Origin: Auanema rhodensis
Lineage: Eukaryota; Animalia; Nematoda
Direction: 5' to 3'
Length of the DNA: 64,000 bases
NCBI GenBank assembly: GCA_964057225.1
Contig: OZ059900.1
Span: 19,530,001 to 19,594,000 of the forward strand
This document shows positions 1-13,686 of this stretch, one piece after another (position 1 is the stretch's first letter; every line of letters starts with the position of its first letter). The notes below the pieces were generated by a model that saw nothing but the letters and a program-made list of their open reading frames with translations, did not search any database and was not told where the DNA came from. A program made the translations under genes and the position numbers.

Positions 1-342
1 GTTCAAACTCATGCAATGTCAATGAAACCTAGCTCAAAATTGTTCGTACAACGTCTAGTTCCACTTTCACGACAAAAAAACAGGGGTTAGAAAATTAAGG
101 AAATTAGCATATTCTGAGGGCACGCCCCTTATGGCTAATATTGATTAAATCGATTTTTGTTCATATGAGTCGTCAAATGCAACGAATTTCAGCGTGTTAC
201 ATACTAAAATGAAGCATTTTACATGCTGAACACTAGAAAAATACAAAAACACAGTAATACCCATGAGAAATATTTTATTATGCTGGAAAACCAGTTTTTG
301 GAAATTTCGCTGTAAACAAGGTTTTGACTTACGATTTCATGT
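1..342 (+). repeat. Reference satellite monomer (phase arbitrary, set by the window start)
   Basis: One full period. It differs from the majority consensus only at pos 257/259 (GTAATAC vs GTATTTC). Confidence 0.98.
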
Positions 343-2394
343 GTTCAAACTCATGCAATGTCAATGAAACCTAGCTCAAAATTGTTAATACAATGTCTAG
401 TTCCACTTTCACGACAAAAAAACAGGGGTTAGAAAATTAAGGAAATTAGCATATTCTGAGGGCACGCCCTTTATGGCTAATATTGATTAAATCGATTTTT
501 GTTCATATGAGTCGTCAAATGCAACGAATTTCAGCGTGTTACATACTAAAATGAAGCATTTTACATGCTGAACACTAGAAAAATACAAAAACACAGTATT
601 TCCCATGAGAAATATTTTATTATGCTGGAAAACCAGTTTTTGGAAATTTCGCTGTAAACAAGGTTTTGACTTACGATTTCATGTGTTCAAACTCATGCAA
701 TGTCAATGAAACCTAGCTCAAAATTGTTCGTACAACGTCTAGTTCCACATTCACGACTAAAAAACAGGGGTTAGAAAATTAAGGAAATTAGCATATTCTG
801 AGGGCACGCCCTTTATGGCTAATATTGATTAAATCGATTTTTGTTCATATGAGTCGTCAAATGCAACGAATTTCAGCGTGTTACATACTAAAATGAAGCA
901 TTTTACATGCTGAACACTAGAAAAATACAAAAACACAGTATTTCCCATGAGAAATATTTTATTATGCTGGAAAACCAGTTTTTGGAAATTTCGCTGTAAA
1001 CAAGGTTTTGACTTACGATTTCATGTGTTCAAACTCATGCAATGTCAATGAAACCTAGCTCAAAATTGTTCGTACAACGTCTAGTTCCACTTTCACGACA
1101 AAAAAACAGGGGTTAGAAAATTAAGGAAATTAGCATATTCTGAGGGCACGCCCCTTATGGCTAATATTGATTAAATCGATTTTTGTTCATATGAGTCGTC
1201 AAATGCAACGAATTTCAGCGTGTTACATACTAAAATGAAGCATTTTACATGCTGAACACTAGAAAAATACAAAAACACAGTATTTCCCATGAGAAATATT
1301 TTATTATGCTGGAAAACCAGTTTTTGGAAATTTCGCTGTAAACAAGGTTTTGACTTACGATTTCATGTGTTCAAACTCATGCAATGTCAATGAAACCTAG
1401 CTCAAAATTGTTCCTACAACGTCTAGTTCCACTTTCACGACAAAAAAACAGGGGTTAGAAAATTAAGGAAATTAGCATATTCTGAGGGCACGCCCTTTAT
1501 GGCTAATATTGATTAAATCGATTTTTGTTCATATGAGTCGTCAAATGCAACGAATTTCAGCGTGTTACATACTAAAATGAAGCATTTCACATGCTGAACA
1601 CTAGAAAAATACAAAAACACAGTATTTCCCATGAGAAATATTTTATTATGCTGGAAAACCAGTTTTTGGAAATTTCGCTGTAAACAAGGTTTTGACTTAC
1701 GATTTCATGTGTTCAAACTCATGCAATGTCAATGAAACCTAGCTCAAAATTGTTCGTACAACGTCTGGTTCCACTTTCACGACAAAAAAACAGGGGTTAG
1801 AAAATTAAGGAAATTAGCATATTCTGAGGGCACGCCCCTTATGGCTAATATTGATTAAATCGATTTTTGTTCATATGAGTCGTCAAATGCAACGAATTTC
1901 AGCGTGTTACATACTAAAATGAAGCATTTTACATGCTGAACACTAGAAAAATACAAAAACACAGTATTTCCCATGAGAAATATTTTATTATGCTGGAAAA
2001 CCAGTTTTTGGAAATTTCGCTGTAAACAAGGTTTTGACTTACGATTTCATGTGTTCAAACTCATGCAATGTCAATGAAACCTAGCTCAAAATTGTTCGTA
2101 CAACGTCTAGTTCCACTTTCACGACAAAAAAACAGGGGTTAGAAAATTAAGGAAATTAGCATATTCTGAGGGCACGCCCCTTATGGCTAATATTGATTAA
2201 ATCGATTTTTGTTCATATGAGTCGTCAAATGCAACGAATTTCAGCGTGTTACATACTAAAATGAAGCATTTTACATGCTGAACACTAGAAAAATACAAAA
2301 ACACAGTAATACCCATGAGAAATATTTTATTATGCTGGAAAACCAGTTTTTGGAAATTTCGCTGTAAACAAGGTTTTGACTTACGATTTCATGT

Positions 2395-5300
2395 GTTCAA
2401 ACTCATGCAATGTCAATGAAACCTAGCTCAAAATTGTTAATACAATGTCTAGTTCCACTTTCACGACAAAAAAACAGGGGTTAGAAAATTAAGGAAATTA
2501 GCATATTCTGAGGGCACGCCCTTTATGGCTAATATTGATTAAATCGATTTTTGTTCATATGAGTCGTCAAATGCAACGAATTTCAGCGTGTTACATACTA
2601 AAATGAAGCATTTTACATGCTGAACACTAGAAAAATACAAAAACACAGTATTTCCCATGAGAAATATTTTATTATGCTGGAAAACCAGTTTTTGGAAATT
2701 TCGCTGTAAACAAGGTTTTGACTTACGATTTCATGTGTTCAAACTCATGCAATGTCAATGAAACCTAGCTCAAAATTGTTAATACAATGTCTAGTTCCAC
2801 TTTCACGACAAAAAAACAGGGGTTAGAAAATTAAGGAAATTAGCATATTCTGAGGGCACGCCCTTTATGGCTAATATTGATTAAATCGATTTTTGTTCAT
2901 ATGAGTCGTCAATTGCAACGAATTTCAGCGTGTTACATACTAAAATGAAGCATTTTACATGCTGAACACTAGAAAAATACAAAAACACAGTATTTCCCAT
3001 GAGAAATATTTTATTATGCTGGAAAACCAGTTTTTGGAAATTTCGCTGTAAACAAGGTTTTGACTTACGATTTCATGTGTTCAAACTCATGCAATGTCAA
3101 TGAAACCCAGCTCAAAATTGTTCCTACAACGTCTTGTTCCACTTTCACGACAAAAAAACAGGGGTTAGAAAATTAAGGAAATTAGCATATTCTGAGGGCA
3201 CGCCCCTTATGGCTAATATTGATTAAATCGATTTTTGTTCATATGAGTCGTCAAATGCAACGAATTTCAGCGTGTTACATACTAAAATGAAGCATTTTAC
3301 ATGCTGAACACTAGAAAAATACAAAAACACAGTATTTCCCATGAGAAATATTTTATTATGCTGGAAAACCAGTTTTTGGAAATTTCGCTGTAAACAAGGT
3401 TTTGACTTACGATTTCATGTGTTCAAACTCATGCAATGTCAATGAAACCTAGCTCAAAATTGTTCGTACAACGTCTAGTTCCACTTTCACGACAAAAAAA
3501 CAGGGGTTAGAAAATTAAGGAAATTAGCATATTCTGAGGGCACGCCCCTTATGGCTAATATTGATTAAATCGATTTTTGTTCATATGAGTCGTCAAATGC
3601 AACGAATTTCAGCGTGTTACATACTAAAATGAAGCATTTTACATGCTGAACACTAGAAAAATACAAAAACACAGTATTTCCCATGAGAAATATTTTATTA
3701 TGCTGGAAAACCAGTTTTTGAAAATTTCGCTGTAAACAAGGTTTTGACTTACGATTTCATGTGTTCAAACTCATGCAATGTCAATGAAACCTAGCTCAAA
3801 ATTGTTCCTACAACGTCTAGTTCCACTTTCACGACAAAAAAACAGGGGTTAGAAAATTAAGGAAATTAGCATATTCTGAGGGCACGCCCTTTATGGCTAA
3901 TATTGATTAAATCGATTTTTGTTCATATGAGTCGTCAAATGCAACGAATTTCAGCGTGTTACATACTAAAATGAAGCATTTTACATGCTGAACACTAGAA
4001 AAATACAAAAACACAGTATTTCCCATGAGAAATATTTTATTATGCTGGAAAACCAGTTTTTGGAAATTTCGCTGTAAACAAGGTTTTGACTTACGATTTC
4101 ATGTGTTCAAACTCATGCAATGTCAATGAAACCTAGCTCAAAATTGTTCCTACAACGTCTAGTTCCACTTTCACGACAAAAAAACAGGGGTTAGAAAATT
4201 AAGGAAATTAGCATATTCTGAGGGCACGCCCCTTATGGCTAATATTGATTAAATCGATTTTTGTTCATATGAGTCGTCAAATGCAACGAATTTCAGCGTG
4301 TTACATACTAAAATGAAGCATTTCACATGCTGAACACTAGAAAAATACAAAAACACAGTAATACCCATGAGAAATATTTTATTATGCTGGAAAACCAGTT
4401 TTTGGAAATTTCGCTGTAAACAAGGTTTTGACTTACGATTTCATGTGTTCAAACTCATGCAATGTCAATGAAACCTAGCTCAAAATTGTTCGTACAACGT
4501 CTGGTTCCACTTTCACGACAAAAAAACAGGGGTTAGAAAATTAAGGAAATTAGCATATTCTGAGGGCACGCCCCTTATGGCTAATATTGATTAAATCGAT
4601 TTTTGTTCATATGAGTCGTCAAATGCAACGAATTTCAGCGTGTTACATACTAAAATGAAGCATTTCACATGCTGAACACTAGAAAAATACAAAAACACAG
4701 TATTTCCCATGAGAAATATTTTATTATGCTGGAAAACCAGTTTTTGGAAATTTCGCTGTAAACAAGGTTTTGACTTACGATTTCATGTGTTCAAACTCAT
4801 GCAATGTCAATGAAACCTAGCTCAAAATTGTTCGTACAACGTCTAGTTCCACTTTCACGACAAAAAAACAGGGGTTAGAAAATTAAGGAAATTAGCATAT
4901 TCTGAGGGCACGCCCCTTATGGCTAATATTGATTAAATCGATTTTTGTTCATATGAGTCGTCAAATGCAACGAATTTCAGCGTGTTACATACTAAAATGA
5001 AGCATTTTACATGCTGAACACTAGAAAAATACAAAAACACAGTATTTCCCATGAGAAATATTTTATTATGCTGGAAAACCAGTTTTTGGAAATTTCGCTG
5101 TAAACAAGGTTTTGACTTACGATTTCATGTGTTCAAACTCATGCAATGTCAATGAAACCTAGCTCAAAATTGTTCCTACAACGTCTAGTTCCACTTTCAC
5201 GACAAAAAAACAGGGGTTAGAAAATTAAGGAAATTAGCATATTCTGAGGGCACGCCCTTTATGGCTAATATTGATTAAATCGATTTTTGTTCATATGAGT

Positions 5301-8300
5301 CGTCAAATGCAACGAATTTCAGCGTGTTACATACTAAAATGAAGCATTTCACATGCTGAACACTAGAAAAATACAAAAACACAGTAATACCCATGAGAAA
5401 TATTTTATTATGCTGGAAAACCAGTTTTTGGAAATTTCGCTGTAAACAAGGTTTTGACTTACGATTTCATGTGTTCAAACTCATGCAATGTCAATGAAAC
5501 CTAGCTCAAAATTGTTCGTACAACGTCTGGTTCCACTTTCACGACAAAAAAACAGGGGTTAGAAAATTAAGGAAATTAGCATATTCTGAGGGCACGCCCC
5601 TTATGGCTAATATTGATTAAATCGATTTTTGTTCATATGAGTCGTCAAATGCAACGAATTTCAGCGTGTTACATACTAAAATGAAGCATTTTACATGCTG
5701 AACACTAGAAAAATACAAAAACACAGTATTTCCCATGAGAAATATTTTATTATGCTGGAAAACCAGTTTTTGGAAATTTCGCTGTAAACAAGGTTTTGAC
5801 TTACGATTTCATGTGTTCAAACTCATGCAATGTCAATGAAACCTAGCTCAAAATTGTTCGTACAACGTCTAGTTCCACTTTCACGACAAAAAAACAGGGG
5901 TTAGAAAATTAAGGAAATTAGCATATTCTGAGGGCACGCCCCTTATGGCTAATATTGATTAAATCGATTTTTGTTCATATGAGTCGTCAAATGCAACGAA
6001 TTTCAGCGTGTTACATACTAAAATGAAGCATTTTACATGCTGAACACTAGAAAAATACAAAAACACAGTAATACCCATGAGAAATATTTTATTATGCTGG
6101 AAAACCAGTTTTTGGAAATTTCGCTGTAAACAAGGTTTTGACTTACGATTTCATGTGTTCAAACTCATGCAATGTCAATGAAACCTAGCTCAAAATTGTT
6201 AATACAATGTCTAGTTCCACTTTCACGACAAAAAAACAGGGGTTAGAAAATTAAGGAAATTAGCATATTCTGAGGGCACGCCCTTTATGGCTAATATTGA
6301 TTAAATCGATTTTTGTTCATATGAGTCGTCAAATGCAACGAATTTCAGCGTGTTACATACTAAAATGAAGCATTTTACATGCTGAACACTAGAAAAATAC
6401 AAAAACACAGTATTTCCCATGAGAAATATTTTATTATGCTGGAAAACCAGTTTTTGGAAATTTCGCTGTAAACAAGGTTTTGACTTACGATTTCATGTGT
6501 TCAAACTCATGCAATGTCAATGAAACCTAGCTCAAAATTGTTCGTACAACGTCTAGTTCCACTTTCACGACTAAAAAACAGGGGTTAGAAAATTAAGGAA
6601 ATTAGCATATTCTGAGGGCACGCCCCTTATGGCTAATATTGATTAAATCGATTTTTGTTCATATGAGTCGTCAAATGCAACGAATTTCAGCGTGTTACAT
6701 ACTAAAATGAAGCATTTCACATGCTGAACACTAGAAAAATACAAAAACACAGTATTTCCCATGAGAAATATTTTATTATGCTGGAAAACCAGTTTTTGGA
6801 AATTTCGCTGTAAACAAGGTTTTGACTTACGATTTCATGTGTTCAAACTCATGCAATGTCAATGAAACCTAGCTCAAAATTGTTCGTACAACGTCTGGTT
6901 CCACTTTCACGACTAAAAAAAAACAGGGGTTAGAAAATTAAGGAAATTAGCATATTCTGAGGGCACGCCCCTTATGGCTAATATTGATTAAATCGATTTT
7001 TGTTCATATGAGTCGTCAAATGCAACGAATTTCAGCGTGTTACATACTAAAATGAAGCATTTTACATGCTGAACACTAGAAAAAAACAAAAACACAGTAT
7101 TTCCCATGAGAAATATTTTATTATGCTGGAAAACCAGTTTTTGGAAATTTCGCTGTAAACAAGGTTTTGACTTACGATTTCATGTGTTCAAACTCATGCA
7201 ATGTCAATGAAACCTAGCTCAAAATTGTTCCTACAACGTCTAGTTCCACTTTCACGACAAAAAAACAGGGGTTAGAAAATTAAGGAAATTAGCATATTCT
7301 GAGGGCACGCCCCTTATGGCTAATATTGATTAAATCGATTTTTGTTCATATGAGTCGTCAATTGCAACGAATTTCAGCGTGTTACATACTAAAATGAAGC
7401 ATTTTACATGCTGAACACTAGAAAAATACAAAAACACAGTAATACCCATGAGAAATATTTTATTATGCTGGAAAACCAGTTTTTGGAAATTTCGCTGTAA
7501 ACAAGGTTTTGACTTACGATTTCATGTGTTCAAACTCATGCAATGTCAATGAAACCTAGCTCAAAATTGTTAATACAATGTCTAGTTCCACTTTCACGAC
7601 AAAAAAACAGGGGTTAGAAAATTAAGGAAATTAGCATATTCTGAGGGCACGCCCTTTATGGCTAATATTGATTAAATCGATTTTTGTTCATATGAGTCGT
7701 CAAATGCAACGAATTTCAGCGTGTTACATACTAAAATGAAGCATTTTACATGCTGAACACTAGAAAAATACAAAAACACAGTATTTCCCATGAGAAATAT
7801 TTTATTATGCTGGAAAACCAGTTTTTGGAAATTTCGCTGTAAACAAGGTTTTGACTTACGATTTCATGTGTTCAAACTCATGCAATGTCAATGAAACCTA
7901 GCTCAAAATTGTTAATACAATGTCTAGTTCCACTTTCACGACAAAAAAACAGGGGTTAGAAAATTAAGGAAATTAGCATATTCTGAGGGCACGCCCTTTA
8001 TGGCTAATATTGATTAAATCGATTTTTGTTCATATGAGTCGTCAATTGCAACGAATTTCAGCGTGTTACATACTAAAATTAAGCATTTTACATGCTGAAC
8101 ACTAGAAAAATACAAAAACACAGTATTTCCCATGAGAAATATTTTATTATGCTGGAAAACCAGTTTTTGGAAATTTCGCTGTAAACAAGGTTTTGACTTA
8201 CGATTTCATGTGTTCAAACTCATGCAATGTCAATGAAACCCAGCTCAAAATTGTTCCTACAACGTCTTGTTCCACTTTCACGACAAAAAAACAGGGGTTA

Positions 8301-11300
8301 GAAAATTAAGGAAATTAGCATATTCTGAGGGCACGCCCCTTATGGCTAATATTGATTAAATCGATTTTTGTTCATATGAGTCGTCAAATGCAACGAATTT
8401 CAGCGTGTTACATACTAAAATGAAGCATTTTACATGCTGAACACTAGAAAAATACAAAAACACAGTATTTCCCATGAGAAATATTTTATTATGCTGGAAA
8501 ACCAGTTTTTGGAAATTTCGCTGTAAACAAGGTTTTGACTTACGATTTCATGTGTTCAAACTCATGCAATGTCAATGAAACCTAGCTCAAAATTGTTCGT
8601 ACAACGTCTAGTTCCACTTTCACGACAAAAAAACAGGGGTTAGAAAATTAAGGAAATTAGCATATTCTGAGGGCACGCCCCTTATGGCTAATATTGATTA
8701 AATCGATTTTTGTTCATATGAGTCGTCAAATGCAACGAATTTCAGCGTGTTACATACTAAAATGAAGCATTTTACATGCTGAACACTAGAAAAATACAAA
8801 AACACAGTATTTCCCATGAGAAATATTTTATTATGCTGGAAAACCAGTTTTTGAAAATTTCGCTGTAAACAAGGTTTTGACTTACGATTTCATGTGTTCA
8901 AACTCATGCAATGTCAATGAAACCTAGCTCAAAATTGTTCCTACAACGTCTAGTTCCACTTTCACGACAAAAAAACAGGGGTTAGAAAATTAAGGAAATT
9001 AGCATATTCTGAGGGCACGCCCTTTATGGCTAATATTGATTAAATCGATTTTTGTTCATATGAGTCGTCAAATGCAACGAATTTCAGCGTGTTACATACT
9101 AAAATGAAGCATTTTACATGCTGAACACTAGAAAAATACAAAAACACAGTATTTCCCATGAGAAATATTTTATTATGCTGGAAAACCAGTTTTTGGAAAT
9201 TTCGCTGTAAACAAGGTTTTGACTTACGATTTCATGTGTTCAAACTCATGCAATGTCAATGAAACCTAGCTCAAAATTGTTCCTACAACGTCTAGTTCCA
9301 CTTTCACGACAAAAAAACAGGGGTTAGAAAATTAAGGAAATTAGCATATTCTGAGGGCACGCCCCTTATGGCTAATATTGATTAAATCGATTTTTGTTCA
9401 TATGAGTCGTCAAATGCAACGAATTTCAGCGTGTTACATACTAAAATGAAGCATTTCACATGCTGAACACTAGAAAAATACAAAAACACAGTAATACCCA
9501 TGAGAAATATTTTATTATGCTGGAAAACCAGTTTTTGGAAATTTCGCTGTAAACAAGGTTTTGACTTACGATTTCATGTGTTCAAACTCATGCAATGTCA
9601 ATGAAACCTAGCTCAAAATTGTTCGTACAACGTCTGGTTCCACTTTCACGACAAAAAAACAGGGGTTAGAAAATTAAGGAAATTAGCATATTCTGAGGGC
9701 ACGCCCCTTATGGCTAATATTGATTAAATCGATTTTTGTTCATATGAGTCGTCAAATGCAACGAATTTCAGCGTGTTACATACTAAAATGAAGCATTTCA
9801 CATGCTGAACACTAGAAAAATACAAAAACACAGTATTTCCCATGAGAAATATTTTATTATGCTGGAAAACCAGTTTTTGGAAATTTCGCTGTAAACAAGG
9901 TTTTGACTTACGATTTCATGTGTTCAAACTCATGCAATGTCAATGAAACCTAGCTCAAAATTGTTCGTACAACGTCTAGTTCCACTTTCACGACAAAAAA
10001 ACAGGGGTTAGAAAATTAAGGAAATTAGCATATTCTGAGGGCACGCCCCTTATGGCTAATATTGATTAAATCGATTTTTGTTCATATGAGTCGTCAAATG
10101 CAACGAATTTCAGCGTGTTACATACTAAAATGAAGCATTTTACATGCTGAACACTAGAAAAATACAAAAACACAGTATTTCCCATGAGAAATATTTTATT
10201 ATGCTGGAAAACCAGTTTTTGGAAATTTCGCTGTAAACAAGGTTTTGACTTACGATTTCATGTGTTCAAACTCATGCAATGTCAATGAAACCTAGCTCAA
10301 AATTGTTCCTACAACGTCTAGTTCCACTTTCACGACAAAAAAACAGGGGTTAGAAAATTAAGGAAATTAGCATATTCTGAGGGCACGCCCTTTATGGCTA
10401 ATATTGATTAAATCGATTTTTGTTCATATGAGTCGTCAAATGCAACGAATTTCAGCGTGTTACATACTAAAATGAAGCATTTCACATGCTGAACACTAGA
10501 AAAATACAAAAACACAGTAATACCCATGAGAAATATTTTATTATGCTGGAAAACCAGTTTTTGGAAATTTCGCTGTAAACAAGGTTTTGACTTACGATTT
10601 CATGTGTTCAAACTCATGCAATGTCAATGAAACCTAGCTCAAAATTGTTCGTACAACGTCTGGTTCCACTTTCACGACAAAAAAACAGGGGTTAGAAAAT
10701 TAAGGAAATTAGCATATTCTGAGGGCACGCCCCTTATGGCTAATATTGATTAAATCGATTTTTGTTCATATGAGTCGTCAAATGCAACGAATTTCAGCGT
10801 GTTACATACTAAAATGAAGCATTTTACATGCTGAACACTAGAAAAATACAAAAACACAGTATTTCCCATGAGAAATATTTTATTATGCTGGAAAACCAGT
10901 TTTTGGAAATTTCGCTGTAAACAAGGTTTTGACTTACGATTTCATGTGTTCAAACTCATGCAATGTCAATGAAACCTAGCTCAAAATTGTTCGTACAACG
11001 TCTAGTTCCACTTTCACGACAAAAAAACAGGGGTTAGAAAATTAAGGAAATTAGCATATTCTGAGGGCACGCCCCTTATGGCTAATATTGATTAAATCGA
11101 TTTTTGTTCATATGAGTCGTCAAATGCAACGAATTTCAGCGTGTTACATACTAAAATGAAGCATTTTACATGCTGAACACTAGAAAAATACAAAAACACA
11201 GTAATACCCATGAGAAATATTTTATTATGCTGGAAAACCAGTTTTTGGAAATTTCGCTGTAAACAAGGTTTTGACTTACGATTTCATGTGTTCAAACTCA

Positions 11301-12318
11301 TGCAATGTCAATGAAACCTAGCTCAAAATTGTTAATACAATGTCTAGTTCCACTTTCACGACAAAAAAACAGGGGTTAGAAAATTAAGGAAATTAGCATA
11401 TTCTGAGGGCACGCCCTTTATGGCTAATATTGATTAAATCGATTTTTGTTCATATGAGTCGTCAAATGCAACGAATTTCAGCGTGTTACATACTAAAATG
11501 AAGCATTTTACATGCTGAACACTAGAAAAATACAAAAACACAGTATTTCCCATGAGAAATATTTTATTATGCTGGAAAACCAGTTTTTGGAAATTTCGCT
11601 GTAAACAAGGTTTTGACTTACGATTTCATGTGTTCAAACTCATGCAATGTCAATGAAACCTAGCTCAAAATTGTTCGTACAACGTCTAGTTCCACTTTCA
11701 CGACTAAAAAACAGGGGTTAGAAAATTAAGGAAATTAGCATATTCTGAGGGCACGCCCCTTATGGCTAATATTGATTAAATCGATTTTTGTTCATATGAG
11801 TCGTCAAATGCAACGAATTTCAGCGTGTTACATACTAAAATGAAGCATTTCACATGCTGAACACTAGAAAAATACAAAAACACAGTATTTCCCATGAGAA
11901 ATATTTTATTATGCTGGAAAACCAGTTTTTGGAAATTTCGCTGTAAACAAGGTTTTGACTTACGATTTCATGTGTTCAAACTCATGCAATGTCAATGAAA
12001 CCTAGCTCAAAATTGTTCGTACAACGTCTGGTTCCACTTTCACGACTAAAAAAAAACAGGGGTTAGAAAATTAAGGAAATTAGCATATTCTGAGGGCACG
12101 CCCCTTATGGCTAATATTGATTAAATCGATTTTTGTTCATATGAGTCGTCAAATGCAACGAATTTCAGCGTGTTACATACTAAAATGAAGCATTTTACAT
12201 GCTGAACACTAGAAAAAAACAAAAACACAGTATTTCCCATGAGAAATATTTTATTATGCTGGAAAACCAGTTTTTGGAAATTTCGCTGTAAACAAGGTTT
12301 TGACTTACGATTTCATGT
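2395..12318 (+). repeat. Higher-order duplication, 15-monomer period (5133 bp)
   Basis: The ordered variant string of 2395-7185 repeats at 7528-12318. Shared rare markers: CCCAG+CTTGTT (monomers 3079/8212), TTTTTGAAAA (3421/8554), and the 345-bp monomer with AGAAAAAAAC (6841/11974). Confidence 0.9.
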
Positions 12319-13686
12319 GTTCAAACTCATGCAATGTCAATGAAACCTAGCTCAAAATTGTTCGTACAACGTCTAGTTCCACTTTCACGACAAAAAAACA
12401 GGGGTTAGAAAATTAAGGAAATTAGCATATTCTGAGGGCACGCCCCTTATGGCTAATATTGATTAAATCGATTTTTGTTCATATGAGTCGTCAAATGCAA
12501 CGAATTTCAGCGTGTTACATACTAAAATGAAGCATTTTACATGCTGAACACTAGAAAAATACAAAAACACAGTAATACCCATGAGAAATATTTTATTATG
12601 CTGGAAAACCAGTTTTTGGAAATTTCGCTGTAAACAAGGTTTTGACTTACGATTTCATGTGTTCAAACTCATGCAATGTCAATGAAACCTAGCTCAAAAT
12701 TGTTAATACAATGTCTAGTTCCACTTTCACGACAAAAAAACAGGGGTTAGAAAATTAAGGAAATTAGCATATTCTGAGGGCACGCCCTTTATGGCTAATA
12801 TTGATTAAATCGATTTTTGTTCATATGAGTCGTCAAATGCAACGAATTTCAGCGTGTTACATACTAAAATGAAGCATTTTACATGCTGAACACTAGAAAA
12901 ATACAAAAACACAGTATTTCCCATGAGAAATATTTTATTATGCTGGAAAACCAGTTTTTGGAAATTTCGCTGTAAACAAGGTTTTGACTTACGATTTCAT
13001 GTGTTCAAACTCATGCAATGTCAATGAAACCTAGCTCAAAATTGTTCGTACAACGTCTAGTTCCACTTTCACGACAAAAAAACAGGGGTTAGAAAATTAA
13101 GGAAATTAGCATATTCTGAGGGCACGCCCCTTATGGCTAATATTGATTAAATCGATTTTTGTTCATATGAGTCGTCAAATGCAACGAATTTCAGCGTGTT
13201 ACATACTAAAATGAAGCATTTTACATGCTGAACACTAGAAAAATACAAAAACACAGTATTTCCCATGAGAAATATTTTATTATGCTGGAAAACCAGTTTT
13301 TGGAAATTTCGCTGTAAACAAGGTTTTGACTTACGATTTCATGTGTTCAAACTCATGCAATGTCAATGAAACCTAGCTCAAAATTGTTCCTACAACGTCT
13401 AGTTCCACTTTCACGACAAAAAAACAGGGGTTAGAAAATTAAGGAAATTAGCATATTCTGAGGGCACGCCCCTTATGGCTAATATTGATTAAATCGATTT
13501 TTGTTCATATGAGTCGTCAAATGCAACGAATTTCAGCGTGTTACATACTAAAATGAAGCATTTTACATGCTGAACACTAGAAAAATACAAAAACACAGTA
13601 ATACCCATGAGAAATATTTTATTATGCTGGAAAACCAGTTTTTGGAAATTTCGCTGTAAACAAGGTTTTGACTTACGATTTCATGT

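Noticed and set aside
42-58. CENP-B box-like motif (TTCGTACAA...)
   Set aside because: It matches TTCG....A but lacks the CGGG of NTTCGNNNNANNCGGGN, and the CG is the most variable site in the monomer.
83-100. Telomere-like GGGGTTAG / TTAAGG
   Set aside because: These are isolated degenerate motifs, not tandem telomeric repeats.
103-230. Tandem 5S rRNA, tRNA or snRNA genes, or intrinsic terminators
   Set aside because: I see no cloverleaf, recognisable conserved RNA sequence or gene context. The hairpins alone do not support an RNA gene call.
1-342. Primate alpha-satellite dimer (2x171 bp) or another named satellite family
   Set aside because: Only the length matches. I recognise no alpha-satellite sequence and cannot assign a family without a database search.
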